Shown one piece after another: positions 30,211-46,798 of a stretch of DNA of 64,000 bases. The translations under genes were made by a program, and so were the position numbers. The notes beneath the pieces are model-generated. The model was not told the DNA's origin, did not search any database, and saw nothing but the letters and a program-made list of their open reading frames with translations. Source of the DNA: Alphaproteobacteria bacterium (GTDB lineage Bacteria; Pseudomonadota; Alphaproteobacteria; CALKHQ01); contig CBDDFZ010000001.1 in NCBI GenBank assembly GCA_965227515.1, forward strand, positions 512,001-576,000, read 5' to 3'. The number at the start of each line of letters is the position of its first letter. Position 1 is the first letter of the stretch.

Positions 30211-31065
30211 ATGGAACAGAAGCACGTTCTGGCACTTTCCCGTGAGGGGTTCCACAAGGTTGCCTACGTAGAGTGGGGCGATCCGGATGACCCGTGCCCG
30301 GTGGTCTGTGTCCATGGCCTGACCCGCAACGGGCGCGATTTCGACCCGCTGGCCAAGGCGTTGGCCGATGCCGGCCGCCGCGTCGTGTGCCCGGATATCG
30401 TCGGGCGTGGCCTCAGCGACCGGCTCGATGCCGCCGATCTCTACGGCTACCCGCAATATTGCAGCGACATGGCGACGATGATCGCGCGGCTGGACGTCGA
30501 CGCGGTGGACTGGGTCGGCACCTCCATGGGCGGGCTGATCGCCATGTTCCTGGCCCAGCACCGCAACGTGCCGATCCGCCGGCTGGTGATGAACGACATC
30601 GGCCCGTTCGTCCCGAAGGCATTCGTTGCCCGGCTGCGCGACTATGTCGGTCAGGCACCCGAATTTCCGGACCTGGCCGCCGCCGAGGCCTATCTGCGCC
30701 AGATCCACGCCCCGTTCGGCGACCTTGACGACGATGCCTGGCGCCATCTGGTGACCCACAGCACATGGCGGCTGGAGGGCGGTGGCTTCGTGCTCGCCTA
30801 CGACCCCAAGATCGCCGTCCCGCTCCGCGCCGGTGGCGACCCGACGGATATCGATATGTGGTCGTTCTGGCCCAACGTGCGGATGCCGGTCTTGCTGGTC
30901 AGAGGCGCCGAGAGCGACCTGTTGCTGCCGCAGACCGTGCAGCGAATGGCCAAGGACTACCAGGGCTCGGCCTTCGAGGTCTTCGAGGTCGAGGGCGCCG
31001 GGCACGCACCGGCGCTGATGGCCGACGATCAGATCGCGGCCGTCCAAGACTGGCTGGCGGCGTGA
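30211..31065 (+). CDS. Alpha/beta hydrolase
   Basis: HGLTRNGRDFD, GTSMGG, RGAESD, GHAP. Confidence 0.9.
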   Translation: MEQKHVLALSREGFHKVAYVEWGDPDDPCPVVCVHGLTRNGRDFDPLAKALADAGRRVVCPDIVGRGLSDRLDAADLYGYPQYCSDMATMIARLDVDAVDWVGTSMGGLIAMFLAQHRNVPIRRLVMNDIGPFVPKAFVARLRDYVGQAPEFPDLAAAEAYLRQIHAPFGDLDDDAWRHLVTHSTWRLEGGGFVLAYDPKIAVPLRAGGDPTDIDMWSFWPNVRMPVLLVRGAESDLLLPQTVQRMAKDYQGSAFEVFEVEGAGHAPALMADDQIAAVQDWLAA

Positions 31066-31068
31066 ACG

Positions 31069-32103
31069 ATGAGCCAGGGCGCGCCGCTGATCCTGACCGG
31101 GTTGGCGCGTGACCTTGGGCTGACGCCGTTTCGCCCGCGCCTGCCGTGGGTCGGCCCCGACCTGCAGACCATGCGCAATCTGCTGATGGGCCATCGCCCG
31201 GACCTCAGCGACTTTCCCCAGGAACGGCACGTCACGCGCATGCCGGACGGGGACCAGCTGATCAGCGCCCTGAACCTGCCCACCCAGCCGGCGCCCGACG
31301 CACCGCTGGTGGTCATCGTCCACGGCATGACCGGCTGCGCCGACAGCCGCATCGTCAGCACGACCGCGCTCTGCCACCTCAAGCGGGGCTGGCCGGTTCT
31401 GCGGCTGAACCTGCGCGGCGCCGGGCCGTCCCGCGCGGTGTGCCAGGGCGCCTACCATGCCGGCAGCAGCGCGGACATTGCCGCCGTGCTGGCTGACGTG
31501 CCGCCGGAGTTGCGCGAGAACGGCATGGTCGGCGTCGGCTTCTCGCTCGGCGGCGCACTGCTGCTGAAACATCTGGGCGAGACGGGTGCCGCGAGCGGAT
31601 TGCGGGCGGCGGCCAGCGTGTCGGCGCCACTGGACCTCGCCGCCTCGGAACTGCGATTGCGGCGGCGGCGCAACTGGATCTACCGGCGCGAGCTGTTGCG
31701 CGACCTGAAGGCCCAGGCGGTCGACCATATCGGCCGCATGCCGGCGGCGCGCCAGCGCGCGGTGCGGGCGGCGCGCAACATCGCCGCCTTCGATACCCAT
31801 TTCACCACCGCGTTCACCGGCCACACCGATGCCGCGCGTTATTACGAGGACTTCGCGCCGTTACGCTATCTGGCCGGGATCGAGACCCCGACCCTGGTGG
31901 TGCACGCGCTGGACGATCCATGGATCGCGCCGGCGCCATACCGGGCGCTCGCCCACCAGCACCACCCGCACATTTCTCTGGCGTTGTCGCGCAAAGGCGG
32001 CCATGTCGGGTTTCATGGCCGGCACGACACGGCGCCGTGGCACGACCGTGCGGTCACAGCGTTCTTCGAGCGGGTTATCGGACCGGAACTTACCGTCGCG
32101 TAG
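31069..32103 (+). CDS. YheT-like alpha/beta hydrolase
   Basis: HGMTG, NLRG, GFSLGG, DDPW, GGHVGF. Confidence 0.85.
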   Translation: MSQGAPLILTGLARDLGLTPFRPRLPWVGPDLQTMRNLLMGHRPDLSDFPQERHVTRMPDGDQLISALNLPTQPAPDAPLVVIVHGMTGCADSRIVSTTALCHLKRGWPVLRLNLRGAGPSRAVCQGAYHAGSSADIAAVLADVPPELRENGMVGVGFSLGGALLLKHLGETGAASGLRAAASVSAPLDLAASELRLRRRRNWIYRRELLRDLKAQAVDHIGRMPAARQRAVRAARNIAAFDTHFTTAFTGHTDAARYYEDFAPLRYLAGIETPTLVVHALDDPWIAPAPYRALAHQHHPHISLALSRKGGHVGFHGRHDTAPWHDRAVTAFFERVIGPELTVA

Positions 32104-32178
32104 GTCGTTCCGCTACCGGAATGATCGTTAGAATCTGTACGTTTGCGGCGACTTGATCCAAGTTGTGGTCAAGTATGC

Positions 32179-32319
32179 CCCTCACCCTCCCAAACCTATC
32201 GGTTCGGGCCCCTCCCTCTCCCACGCGGGGAGAGGGGGAAACACGGCCGACAATGACCCCTCCCCCAAGCCTGGGAGAGGGAGGGGCCCGGCCGGCAAAG
32301 CCGGACGGGAGGGTGAGGG
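32179..32319. repeat. CCCTCACCC/CCCTCTCCC-type palindromic REP doublet
   Basis: CCCTCACCCTCCC..CGGGCCCCTCCCTCTCCCA mirrored by TGGGAGAGGGAGGGGCCCG..GGGAGGGTGAGGG; lies between convergent genes. Confidence 0.8.
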
Positions 32320-32349
32320 TTGGTCTGATTCTGCTGCTGTTTCTTGAAA

Positions 32350-33312
32350 CTAGCGGTCGTTGGAGTGCCCGGCGCGGTGCATCAGCCGGGCGACCAGCTC
32401 GTCGAGCTGCTCCAGCGTCTTGTAGCGCACGGTCACGGTGCCGCCGCCGGCGCCGCCATGGCGCACGCCGACCTTGAGGCCGAGCGCATCGGTCAACTCC
32501 TGCTCCAGGGCGGCGGTATTGGCATCCGGCACCGGCCGGCCGCTCGCCCGCTTCGGCGATTTCGGCTGCTGCGCCAACGCCTCGGCCTGACGGACGTTCA
32601 GCCCCTTGGCGACGATCTCGTTGGCCAGATCGCCGGGCCGCTCGGCGGTCAGCAGCGCGCGGGCGTGGCCCGCCGTCAGCCGACCGTCCTCGACCATCGA
32701 CTTCACCGAGCCGGGCAGCGCTAGCAGGCGCATCATGTTGGCGATGTGGCTGCGGCTGCGGCCGATGATGTCGCCAAGCTGCTCCTGGGTGTAGCTGAAC
32801 TCCTCGATCAGCCGGCGATAGCCGCCGGCCTCCTCCAGCGGATTGAGGTCCTGGCGCTGCAGGTTCTCGACCAGGCCGATCTCCAGCGCGCCGTGGTCGT
32901 CGATCTCCCGCACCACGACCGGCACGTCGTGCAGCTTTGCCCGCTGTGCCGCGCGCCACCGCCGCTCGCCGGCAATGATCTGGTAGCGGCCGGGATTGCC
33001 CGGCTCGCGGCGCACGATGATCGGCTGCAGCACGCCATGGCGGCGCACCGATTCGGTCAGCGCGGCCATCTCCTCATCGTCGAACACCTGGCGCGGCTGG
33101 AACGGCCCCGGTGCCAGATCGCCGATCGGCAAGGTCTGGGTCGCCTTGCCCTCGCCACCTGACGGCGCGGCACCGCCGGCGCCGTCCTCCGGATAGTCGT
33201 CGCCGAGCAGGGCGGAGAGGCCGCGCCCGAGCTGGCGCCGCTTCGGCGCGGCGGTCGTCCGCGCGCTTTCGTCCTGAGTCACTGTCTCAGTCACTAAGTT
33301 GGTTGCCGGCAT
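32350..33312 (-). CDS. parB: Chromosome partitioning protein ParB
   Basis: [47 protein letters not shown]. Start is ATG 33312 or GTG 33294. Confidence 0.95.
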   Translation of the reverse strand: MPATNLVTETVTQDESARTTAAPKRRQLGRGLSALLGDDYPEDGAGGAAPSGGEGKATQTLPIGDLAPGPFQPRQVFDDEEMAALTESVRRHGVLQPIIVRREPGNPGRYQIIAGERRWRAAQRAKLHDVPVVVREIDDHGALEIGLVENLQRQDLNPLEEAGGYRRLIEEFSYTQEQLGDIIGRSRSHIANMMRLLALPGSVKSMVEDGRLTAGHARALLTAERPGDLANEIVAKGLNVRQAEALAQQPKSPKRASGRPVPDANTAALEQELTDALGLKVGVRHGGAGGGTVTVRYKTLEQLDELVARLMHRAGHSNDR

Positions 33313-34145
33313 CGCCGCAAGAACTCCCCTGCCAATTGCACATAGGCGCGCGCGCCCGGACAGCGCCAGTCGTAGACCAGCACCGGCTTGCCGTGAGACG
33401 GCGCCTCGGAGACGCGCACATTGCGCGGCACCACGGTGCGATAGACCACGTCGGCGAAATGCGACCGCACATCCTCCGCCACCATGTCGGACAGGTTGTT
33501 GCGCCGGTCGAACATGGTCAGCACCACACCGCCCAGCACCAGCCGGTGGTTGAAGTTGCGGCCGATGCGGTCGATGGAGCGCACCAGGTGGCTCAGCCCC
33601 TCCAGCGCGAAGAACTCGCATTGCAGCGGCACCAGCACCGAATCGGCGGCGGTCAGGGCGTTCAGGGTCAACAGGCCCAGCGACGGCGGGCAGTCGAGCA
33701 GGATGTGGTCATAGACCTCACGCGCCGGCGCCAGGCCGTCGTGCAGGCGGTGCGCGCGGCGCGGCGCGTCGACCAGCTCCAGCTCAGCCCCGAGCAGGTC
33801 GGGCGAGGCCGGCGTGATGAACAGGTTCGGAATGGTGGTCTCGCGCGCCACATCGCGCACCCGCGCCGCGCCGCTCAGCACCTCATAGATGTTGCGGGCC
33901 CGCTCGGTGGACGGCACGCCCAGCCCGGTGCTGGCATTGCCCTGCGGGTCCATGTCGACCAGCAGCACCTTCTTGTCGACGGCGGCGAGCGCGGTGGCGA
34001 GATTGATCGCCGTGGTGGTCTTGCCCACGCCGCCCTTCTGATTGGCGACGGCGATGACCTTGCCGGGATGAGGCGCCCTAAGGGTCGGTTGGGGAGCCTG
34101 GTTCGGCGCCTGCTGGGGCGCGGTGCGGGTGACGACGACGGACAT
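33294..34145 (-). CDS. parA: Chromosome partitioning ATPase ParA
   Basis: [40 protein letters not shown]. Confidence 0.96.
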   Translation of the reverse strand: MSVVVTRTAPQQAPNQAPQPTLRAPHPGKVIAVANQKGGVGKTTTAINLATALAAVDKKVLLVDMDPQGNASTGLGVPSTERARNIYEVLSGAARVRDVARETTIPNLFITPASPDLLGAELELVDAPRRAHRLHDGLAPAREVYDHILLDCPPSLGLLTLNALTAADSVLVPLQCEFFALEGLSHLVRSIDRIGRNFNHRLVLGGVVLTMFDRRNNLSDMVAEDVRSHFADVVYRTVVPRNVRVSEAPSHGKPVLVYDWRCPGARAYVQLAGEFLRRCRQPT

Positions 34146-34773
34146 AGCCTACCTTCACGATGGCGCCGCGCTGATCGCTGGCACTGGGGACGATTTCGGC
34201 CTCCATACTCCAACACTTTGTGGCTTCGGTCAACTCATCCCCAATATCTTGTGACTTGAGAAATAGGCATGTTCCCGAATTTTCGCCCGCATCCGCACCG
34301 GATTCGCCAATGAAAGGCGCTGCATAGGCGACGAGTTTCGCAAGCGGCGCGAGGGCGCGCGCGGTCGCCACATCGGCCCGCCAAGGCGTCAGATTTTCGA
34401 TCCGCGCGGCATGGACGCCAACTTCGAGACCCATGACGCGGGCCGACTCGCGCAGAAAGGCGCACTTGCGCTGGTCCGACTCGATCAGGTCGACATGGCA
34501 ACCGGTGGCGGCCGCCAGCACCAGCCCGGGGAAACCCGCCCCGCTGCCGAGATCGACGATGCGCGTCGCATCTGGCGGCAGATGACCGACGAGTTGCAGT
34601 GAATCGAACACATGGCGGTGCCAAATATCGTCCAGCGTCGACTTGGCGACGAGATTGATCCGGGCCTGCCAGCGCCGCAGCAGGTCGACATGGGCGGCCA
34701 GGCGGTCGGCCGTTTCACGTGAAACACCGGTGGCGGCGCGGAGATCGTCAGGCCCGAAGATGCGGCCCGGCAT
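34078..34773 (-). CDS. rsmG: 16S rRNA m7G527 methyltransferase
   Basis: [35 protein letters not shown]; between mnmG and parA. Confidence 0.92.
   Translation of the reverse strand: MPGRIFGPDDLRAATGVSRETADRLAAHVDLLRRWQARINLVAKSTLDDIWHRHVFDSLQLVGHLPPDATRIVDLGSGAGFPGLVLAAATGCHVDLIESDQRKCAFLRESARVMGLEVGVHAARIENLTPWRADVATARALAPLAKLVAYAAPFIGESGADAGENSGTCLFLKSQDIGDELTEATKCWSMEAEIVPSASDQRGAIVKVGYVRRRHPHRAPAGAEPGSPTDP
34711..34726. promoter_or_regulatory. parS site inside rsmG
   Basis: CGTTTCACGTGAAACA, 15/16 to the consensus TGTTTCACGTGAAACA. Confidence 0.9.
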
Positions 34774-34778
34774 CCGGA

Positions 34779-36656
<1,878 letters not shown>

Positions 36657-36664
36657 GGCCGGTT

Positions 36665-36693
36665 GCTATATGGCTCCCGCCAGCCCAAGTCAA
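36665..36693 (-). promoter_or_regulatory. Putative sigma70-type promoter of mnmG
   Basis: TTGACT-N17-TATAGC on the minus strand, ending 8 nt before the ATG. Confidence 0.55.
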
Positions 36694-36723
36694 AGCCTCC
36701 AGGAAACGGACCGCCCGTGGCGG

Positions 36724-36739
36724 TGTTTCACGTGAAACA
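36724..36739. promoter_or_regulatory. parS site (perfect), mnmE-mnmG intergenic
   Basis: TGTTTCACGTGAAACA. Confidence 0.95.
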
Positions 36740-36761
36740 TCGGCGGCTTAGGCGGCGGCGC

Positions 36762-38069
36762 TCACTTGCCGATGCAGAATTCGGCAAACAGCCGGTCGAG
36801 CACGTCCTCCACGTCGACAGTGCCGACCAGGCGTCCGAGCCCGGCGAGTGCCGCGCGCACGTCCTCCGCCGCCATGTCGACCGACGGCGCCTCGCCGGCC
36901 CGTTGCAGCGCCGCAACCGTTTCGCCAAGCGCCTGACGCTGGCGCTGGCGCACGACGACGCCAGACACATCGCCCATGCGCCCACGCACCGCGTCTTTCA
37001 GGGCGGATACCAGCGTATCCATCCCCGCCCCGGTCAAAGCCGAGACGCCTAGTTCGTGCGGCGCCGCCGTCGACTCCCCCGCCAGATCGATCTTGTTCAG
37101 GACGTCAAGACGGATCGCATCGGGCGGTAGGTCCAGAGCATCATGGGCGCCCGCCGCCTCATCCGCCGCGCGCACGACAATGACGACGTCGGCAACGGCA
37201 CCCCGCGCCCGTGCCCGGCGCACGCCCTCCATCTCGATCTCGTCGCCGGATGCACGAAGTCCGGCGGTGTCCGCCAGCCGCGCGGGGATGCCGCCGATAT
37301 CCAACCGTGCCTCCACCACGTCGCGAGTGGTGCCGGCGCGCGGCGAGACTATGGCCAGGTCGGAGCCGACCAACCGATTGATCAGGCTCGATTTTCCGAC
37401 ATTCGGCGGGCCGAGCACGGCAATCGACACCCCATCCCGCAGCGCCCGCGCCGCCTGTTCCGAGCCAAGGCGGGTCCGGATATCGCCCGCAATGGCCGAC
37501 AGGCCGGCCCGCACCGTGTCGAGCAGATCGTCGGGCAGGTCCTCGTCGCTGAAGTCGATGGCGGCCTCCAGCCGCGCCGCGACGTCGACCAGCCGGTCAC
37601 GCAGGCCCATCGCCCAGGCATGGGTGGACCCATCCGCCTCGCGCGCCGCCACCCGGCGCTGTGCCTCGGTTTCCGCGGCGATCAGGTCGGCCAGCCCCTC
37701 CACGGCGGTCAGGTCGAGCTTGCCATTGTCGAAAGCGCGGCGGGCAAACGCGCCCGCTTCGGCCAGTGCCACCCCGGGCACCGCGCACGCGGCGGCCAGC
37801 ACCGCCTCCACCACCGCCGGGCCGCCATGGACGTGGAATTCGGCCACATCCTCGCCCGTGAAGCTCGCCGGCGCCGGAAACCACAGCACCAGCGCCCGGT
37901 CGATCGCCTCACCGGCCGCATCGCGCAGGGTGCGCAGCGTCGCCTGGCGCGGCGTCGGCAGCGCAACGCCCATCCGCGCCAGAACGCCGGCCGATGCCGG
38001 CCCCGAAAGCCGGACAACCGCGACACCCGCGGGCGGCGGCCCGCTGGACAGCGCGACGATGGTCGTCAT
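36762..38069 (-). CDS. mnmE: tRNA modification GTPase
   Basis: TIVALSS, SFTGEDVAE, GPPNVGKSS, GTTRD, DTAG, NKID, C-terminal FCIGK. Confidence 0.96.
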   Translation of the reverse strand: MTTIVALSSGPPPAGVAVVRLSGPASAGVLARMGVALPTPRQATLRTLRDAAGEAIDRALVLWFPAPASFTGEDVAEFHVHGGPAVVEAVLAAACAVPGVALAEAGAFARRAFDNGKLDLTAVEGLADLIAAETEAQRRVAAREADGSTHAWAMGLRDRLVDVAARLEAAIDFSDEDLPDDLLDTVRAGLSAIAGDIRTRLGSEQAARALRDGVSIAVLGPPNVGKSSLINRLVGSDLAIVSPRAGTTRDVVEARLDIGGIPARLADTAGLRASGDEIEMEGVRRARARGAVADVVIVVRAADEAAGAHDALDLPPDAIRLDVLNKIDLAGESTAAPHELGVSALTGAGMDTLVSALKDAVRGRMGDVSGVVVRQRQRQALGETVAALQRAGEAPSVDMAAEDVRAALAGLGRLVGTVDVEDVLDRLFAEFCIGK

Positions 38070-38095
38070 GCGGCGCTCAGCTCAGCGCGTGCCCG

Positions 38096-38389
38096 TCATT
38101 CACCCGGCTTCTTGTCGTCGTCATTCGGGGTGTCGTTGGCGCCAGCCACGCCGCTCGCCTTGGCCCAGAATGCCTTCTGCAGCGCCTCGAACCCCTCCAT
38201 CACCGCCTTGCCGGCACCGCCGGAGGCCCAGGCCTTCAGCACGTCCTGCGCGTCCGACGCGCCGACCGCCTCCTCCAGCTTGCGCTTCCATTTGGAGATC
38301 ACCGCGTCCTGCATCGGCTTCACGTCCGGCAGGCCCAGGAACGCGCGCGCCTCTTCCGGTGTGCATTCGATATCGACCTTGAATTTCAT
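38096..38389 (-). CDS. Small conserved alphaproteobacterial protein (DUF6489-like)
   Basis: MKFKVDIECTPEEARAFLGLPDV; GGAGG RBS. Confidence 0.75.
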   Translation of the reverse strand: MKFKVDIECTPEEARAFLGLPDVKPMQDAVISKWKRKLEEAVGASDAQDVLKAWASGGAGKAVMEGFEALQKAFWAKASGVAGANDTPNDDDKKPGE

Positions 38390-38464
38390 TGCGTCCTCCA
38401 CCTCACTCAGCCATGCCCTACTTGACCATAGATATAAGCACGCCAGCCGAAGTCGGGAGCATTC

Positions 38465-40506
<2,042 letters not shown>

Positions 40507-40510
<4 letters not shown>

Positions 40511-41001
40511 CCGGCGAGCGCGCCGGCGCGGTTACGGAAGGGGTGCTGCCCACGCCTCTCGGCACCGTCAGCGTGCGCTTTTCCGGCAGCCAGTTGACCA
40601 GCCTGCAATGGGCCGGTGCCGAGGAGACCGAAGCGACCCGCCGGGCGTTGCGCGACCACGCCGGCTTGGCAGCGCTCAACGACCAGCTCACGCGCTACTT
40701 CAATCGCGAACTCAAGCATTTCGATATCGAAATGAATGCCGCGGGCTCAGACTTCCAGACCGCGGTCTGGGCGCAGATGTGCGCCATCCCCTACGGCACC
40801 ACCAGGACATATGGAGAGATCGCCGCGGCGGTCGGTGGCCAGCCGCAGGCGGTCGGCTGGGCCTGCGGGTCCAACCCCATCGCCATCGTCCAGCCCTGCC
40901 ACCGGGTCGTCGCCAGCAACGGCACCGGCGGCTTCAGCGGCGCCGACGGGGTGCCGGCCAAATGCGCCCTGCTGGCGCTGGAAGGCGCGATGCTATTATG
41001 A
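40507..41001 (+). CDS. ogt: Methylated-DNA-protein-cysteine methyltransferase
   Basis: FQTAVW..IPYG.T.TYGEIA..AVG.AC..NP..PCHRV; ATGA overlap with the upstream gene. Confidence 0.9.
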
Positions 41002-41073
41002 ATGCCTGCAACCGATGCGGCGCGGCACGCCGCGCGCCAAACACGACACAAGCAATCGAATCGAGGGGGACCG

Positions 41074-41772
41074 ATGCCCGAAATCCAGATCAGCGCCGCC
41101 GACGGCGGTGAATTCATGGCCTATGTTGCCGCGCCGGCGTCCGGCGGGCCGGCACCGGCGATCCTGGTCGAGCAGGAGATCTTCGGCGTCAACCAGGTGA
41201 TGCGCGACCTGTGCGACGGTTACGCCGCCCAGGGCTACCTCGCGGTCTGCCCGGACCTGTTCTGGCGCCAGGAGCCCGGCATCCAGCTCACCGACAAGAC
41301 CGAGGCCGACTGGGGCCGCGCGTTCGAGCTGTACCAGGGCTTCAACGAGGCGGCCGGCGTGGCCGACATCGCCGCCACCCTCGCCAAGGTCCGCTCCATG
41401 GACCAGTGCAACGGCAAGGTCGGCGCGGTCGGCTATTGCCTGGGCGGCAAGCTCGCCTATCTCACCGCCACCCGCACCGACGCCGATTGCAGTGTCGGCT
41501 ACTATGGCGTGGCGATCGAGGCGGCGCTGGACGAGGCCGTCGCGATCAAGGGCCCGCTGATGCTGCACATCGCCGAGAAGGACCAGTTCTGCCCGCCCGA
41601 GGCCCAGGGCGCGATCAAGGACAAGCTCGCCGGCAACGCGAAGGTCACCATCCACAGCTATGCCGGCATGGACCACGCCTTCGCCCGGGTCGGCGGCGAG
41701 CATTTCGACAAGGCGGCTGCCGAGCAGGCAAACGCCCGCACGGCGGCGTTCTTCAAGGAACATTTGGGCTAA
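41074..41772 (+). CDS. Dienelactone hydrolase family protein
   Basis: QEIFGVN, PDLFWR, GYCLGG, HAF. Confidence 0.92.
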   Translation: MPEIQISAADGGEFMAYVAAPASGGPAPAILVEQEIFGVNQVMRDLCDGYAAQGYLAVCPDLFWRQEPGIQLTDKTEADWGRAFELYQGFNEAAGVADIAATLAKVRSMDQCNGKVGAVGYCLGGKLAYLTATRTDADCSVGYYGVAIEAALDEAVAIKGPLMLHIAEKDQFCPPEAQGAIKDKLAGNAKVTIHSYAGMDHAFARVGGEHFDKAAAEQANARTAAFFKEHLG

Positions 41773-41800
41773 GAAGAACGAGCCCGTCACCTTTCTAACT

Positions 41801-41893
41801 CCGTCATGCCCGCACTCGTTGCGGGCATCCACGAGATGGCGGCGGAGCCGCCAAAGAAAGACGTGGATGGTCGGGACAAGCCCGACCATGACG
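41801..41893. repeat. REP doublet, CGTCAT..CATCCAC family
   Basis: CCGTCATGCCCGCACTCGTTGCGGGCATCCACG paired with CGTGGATGGTCGGGACAAGCCCGACCATGACG. Confidence 0.8.
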
Positions 41894-41914
41894 ACTTTGA
41901 ATGGGACTGAACAC

Positions 41915-42886
41915 ATGACCAAGGCGATCAGGATTCACCAGCCCGGCGGGCCGGCAGCGATGGTGTGGGAGGACGTGGAGGTCGGCGACCCGGGCGCCGG
42001 CGAGCTGCGCGTCCGCCACACCGCCGTCGGGCTCAACTACATCGACACCTACCACAGGAGCGGGCTCTATCCGCTGCCGCTGCCGGCGACCATCGGCATG
42101 GAGGGTGCCGGCGTCGTCGAAGCCGTCGGTGACGGCGTAACCGGCTTTGCTGAAGGGGATCGTATCGCCTACGCAACGATTCCGGGTTCGTATTCGGAGG
42201 CCCGCCTGATGCCGGCGACGAAGGCGGTCAAGATACCGGACGGCATCGAGGATCGCACCGCGGCCGCGATGATGCTGAAGGGCATGACAGCGGAATACCT
42301 CACCCGCCGCACCTATCGTGTGGAAAAGGGCGACGCGGTGCTGTTCCATGCCGCGGCCGGCGGCGTCGGCCTGATCGCCTGCCAGTGGCTGAACCATCTG
42401 GGCGCGACGGTCATCGGGACCGTCGGCTCGGCCGACAAGGCCCAGCTCGCGACCGATGCCGGCTGCCACCACGTCATCAACTACCGCGAGGAGGATTTCG
42501 TCGCCAAGGTGAAGGACATCACCGGCGGCGCCGGCGTCGCCGTGGTCTATGACGGCGTCGGCAAGGCGACCTTCATGGACTCGCTGGATTGCCTGCGCAA
42601 GCGCGGCATGATGGTGACCTTCGGCAACGCCTCCGGCCCGGTGGACCCGTTCTCGCCGGCGATCCTGTCGCCCAAGGGCTCGCTCTACGTCACCCGGCCG
42701 ACGCTGATGGACTATTGCGCCACGCCCGAGGACCTGAACGCCAGCGCGAGCGCCCTGTTCGACGTGGTCAAGTCGGGTGCGGTCGGGATCGAGATCAACC
42801 AGACCTATCCGCTGGCCGACGCGCGCAAGGCGCATGAGGACCTGGAGGGCCGCAAGACGACGGGCTCCACCGTGCTGATGCCTTGA
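41915..42886 (+). CDS. qor: NADPH:quinone oxidoreductase
   Basis: GLNYIDTY.RSGLY, HAAAGGVG, YDGVG, FGNASG, RPTL, TTGS. Confidence 0.92.
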   Translation: MTKAIRIHQPGGPAAMVWEDVEVGDPGAGELRVRHTAVGLNYIDTYHRSGLYPLPLPATIGMEGAGVVEAVGDGVTGFAEGDRIAYATIPGSYSEARLMPATKAVKIPDGIEDRTAAAMMLKGMTAEYLTRRTYRVEKGDAVLFHAAAGGVGLIACQWLNHLGATVIGTVGSADKAQLATDAGCHHVINYREEDFVAKVKDITGGAGVAVVYDGVGKATFMDSLDCLRKRGMMVTFGNASGPVDPFSPAILSPKGSLYVTRPTLMDYCATPEDLNASASALFDVVKSGAVGIEINQTYPLADARKAHEDLEGRKTTGSTVLMP

Positions 42887-42954
42887 CCGCAGGCTTGACC
42901 ATTGCGGTGAAGCCGGTACGGCCACGCGATTGGGGCAGAATATTGGCGCATCGC

Positions 42955-42984
42955 GTTGCGGCCGGCGGGCGCCATGCCTATATA
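42955..42984 (+). promoter_or_regulatory. Putative RpoH (sigma32) promoter of dnaK
   Basis: GTTGCG-N16-CCTATATA, resembling the alphaproteobacterial RpoH consensus. Confidence 0.6.
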
Positions 42985-43202
42985 CCCGGAGACAGCTGGC
43001 ACGAGGCATGCGCCCGGTGCCGGCATTTTCTGTGATCGCGTGCTCTGTGTCGCCGGTTGCCGTCCGGGGCCGGCCGAAGACGCGATATCAACCGTGGGGG
43101 CCTCGAACAGCGCTGCTGTGCGGGCTGTGGAAAGCCGGACCGGGAACCCGCCTCCGAAGGGAACCCAGCGTCCGATGGGCCTGCTGAGAAGGGAATGAGT
43201 TC

Positions 43203-45134
<1,932 letters not shown>

Positions 45135-45168
45135 TCCGAACCGGCTGAACCAGCTCTAGGACGGATCA

Positions 45169-46329
45169 ATGGCAAAACGTGACTACTACGAGGTTCTCGG
45201 CGTCGACCGCGGGGCCGACGCCGACGACCTGAAACGGGCCTATCGCAAGCTCGCCATGCAGTTTCACCCGGACCGCAATCCGGGCGATACCGATGCCGAA
45301 CGCCAGTTCAAGGAAGTCGGCGAGGCGTACGAGATCCTGAAGGACCCGGAAAAGCGGGCTGCCTACGACCGCTTCGGTCATCAGGCCTTCGAGGCCGGGA
45401 TGGGCGGCGGTGGCGGGCGCGCCGGCGGCGCTGGGTTCGACTTCAATTTCGCCTCAGGGTTCGCCGACATCTTCGACGAGATGTTCGGCGACGCCATGGG
45501 CGGACGCCGGCGTGGACGCGGGCGCGGGTCGGGCCGTGGCGCCGACCTGCGCTACGACATGGAAATCACCCTGGAAGAGGCGTTCGCCGGCAAGCAGGCC
45601 GGCATCCGCGTGCCGGGGTCCATCCAGTGCGACACCTGCAACGGCTCCGGCTCCGAAGGCGGGGCCGCGCCGGTCAACTGCTCCACCTGCGGCGGCCACG
45701 GCAAGGTACGCAGCCAGCAGGGCTTCTTCACCATCGAGCGCACCTGCCCGGCATGCCAGGGCGTCGGCCAGACCATCGAGACCCCGTGCAAGGACTGCAG
45801 CGGCTCCGGCCGGCTGCAGCGGGAACGCTCGCTGTCGGTGAACATTCCGGCGGGTGTGGAGGACGGCACCCGCATCCGGCTCGCCGGCGAGGGCGAGGCC
45901 GGGTTGCGCGGCGGCACCAATGGCGACCTTTACATCTTCCTCGCCATCCGGCCGCACGACTTCTTCAAGCGCGAGGGCGCGGACCTGTTCTGCCAGGTGC
46001 CGATCACCATCGTCGACGCCGCCCTGGGCGGGTCGATCGAGGTGCCGACCATCGACGGCTCGCGCGCCAAGGTGACGGTGCCGTCCGGCACGCAGAACGG
46101 CAAGTTGTTCCGGTTGCGTAACAAAGGCATGTCGGTCATGCGCTCCAACGCGCGCGGCGATATGTACATCGAGGTCGGGGTCGAGACCCCGGTCCACCTG
46201 ACCCGGCGCCAGGAAGAGCTGTTGCGCGAGTTCCAGGAGGCCGGCGGCACCGAGCGCAAGCACAGCCCGCAGTCGGCCGGCTTCTTCGCCAAGGTGAAGG
46301 AATTCTGGGACGACCTGACGGACAGGTAG
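45169..46329 (+). CDS. dnaJ: Chaperone DnaJ
   Basis: HPD J-domain, G/F region, four CxxCxGxG motifs. Confidence 0.98.
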   Translation: MAKRDYYEVLGVDRGADADDLKRAYRKLAMQFHPDRNPGDTDAERQFKEVGEAYEILKDPEKRAAYDRFGHQAFEAGMGGGGGRAGGAGFDFNFASGFADIFDEMFGDAMGGRRRGRGRGSGRGADLRYDMEITLEEAFAGKQAGIRVPGSIQCDTCNGSGSEGGAAPVNCSTCGGHGKVRSQQGFFTIERTCPACQGVGQTIETPCKDCSGSGRLQRERSLSVNIPAGVEDGTRIRLAGEGEAGLRGGTNGDLYIFLAIRPHDFFKREGADLFCQVPITIVDAALGGSIEVPTIDGSRAKVTVPSGTQNGKLFRLRNKGMSVMRSNARGDMYIEVGVETPVHLTRRQEELLREFQEAGGTERKHSPQSAGFFAKVKEFWDDLTDR

Positions 46330-46360
46330 AACAGACCGCCTCTCTCCATACGCCCCTACT

Positions 46361-46665
46361 TGTCACCCTCGGCCTTGCGCCTGCTGGGCTCATACTTCAC
46401 ACCAACACAACATCGTCATCCTCGGGCTTGTCCCGAGGATCCATTCATGGGGCGGTCCGCGCCAGTGCCGATCGAAGCTGAAGTGGTGAGCCATTGCATC
46501 CATGCGCTCGCCAATCCAGGCGCCGAATCACCTCAACCTATCGAGGTTCTGGACAAATATGGGTCCTCGCCACAAGGGCGAGGACGACAATGGTTTAGTT
46601 CTTGAGAAATCGAGCGAAGCCTTGCGAGATGTGCGAAGCCCGCAGGGACAAGCCCGAGGACGACG
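46361..46665. repeat. Nested REP-doublet cluster
   Basis: Inner arms 46410-46444 and 46559-46594; outer inverted arms 46361-46390 and 46637-46665. Confidence 0.75.
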
Positions 46666-46798
46666 GTGTGAATTTGCCAATCAAGTAGATGGGCTAACGG
46701 CCCTTGTTTGGTGGCGTGCATGAGTGGTCGTCCCTCAAGATGTCGGTGTCATACACGGAGTCGGGTTTGCCGCTCCAAGACATCGAGGAGAGACGACC

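Noticed and set aside
42887-43202. CIRCE operator upstream of dnaK or hrcA
   Set aside because: No TTAGCACTC-N9-GAGTGCTAA found.
46361-46665. Repeat-spacer pattern suggesting CRISPR
   Set aside because: Repeats are inverted, degenerate and irregularly spaced, and there are no cas genes; REP-type instead.
46689-46798. Left non-coding end as the guide RNA (IS621-like layout)
   Set aside because: It is short and has no match to the target flank; all four guide-like matches lie 3' of the transposase.
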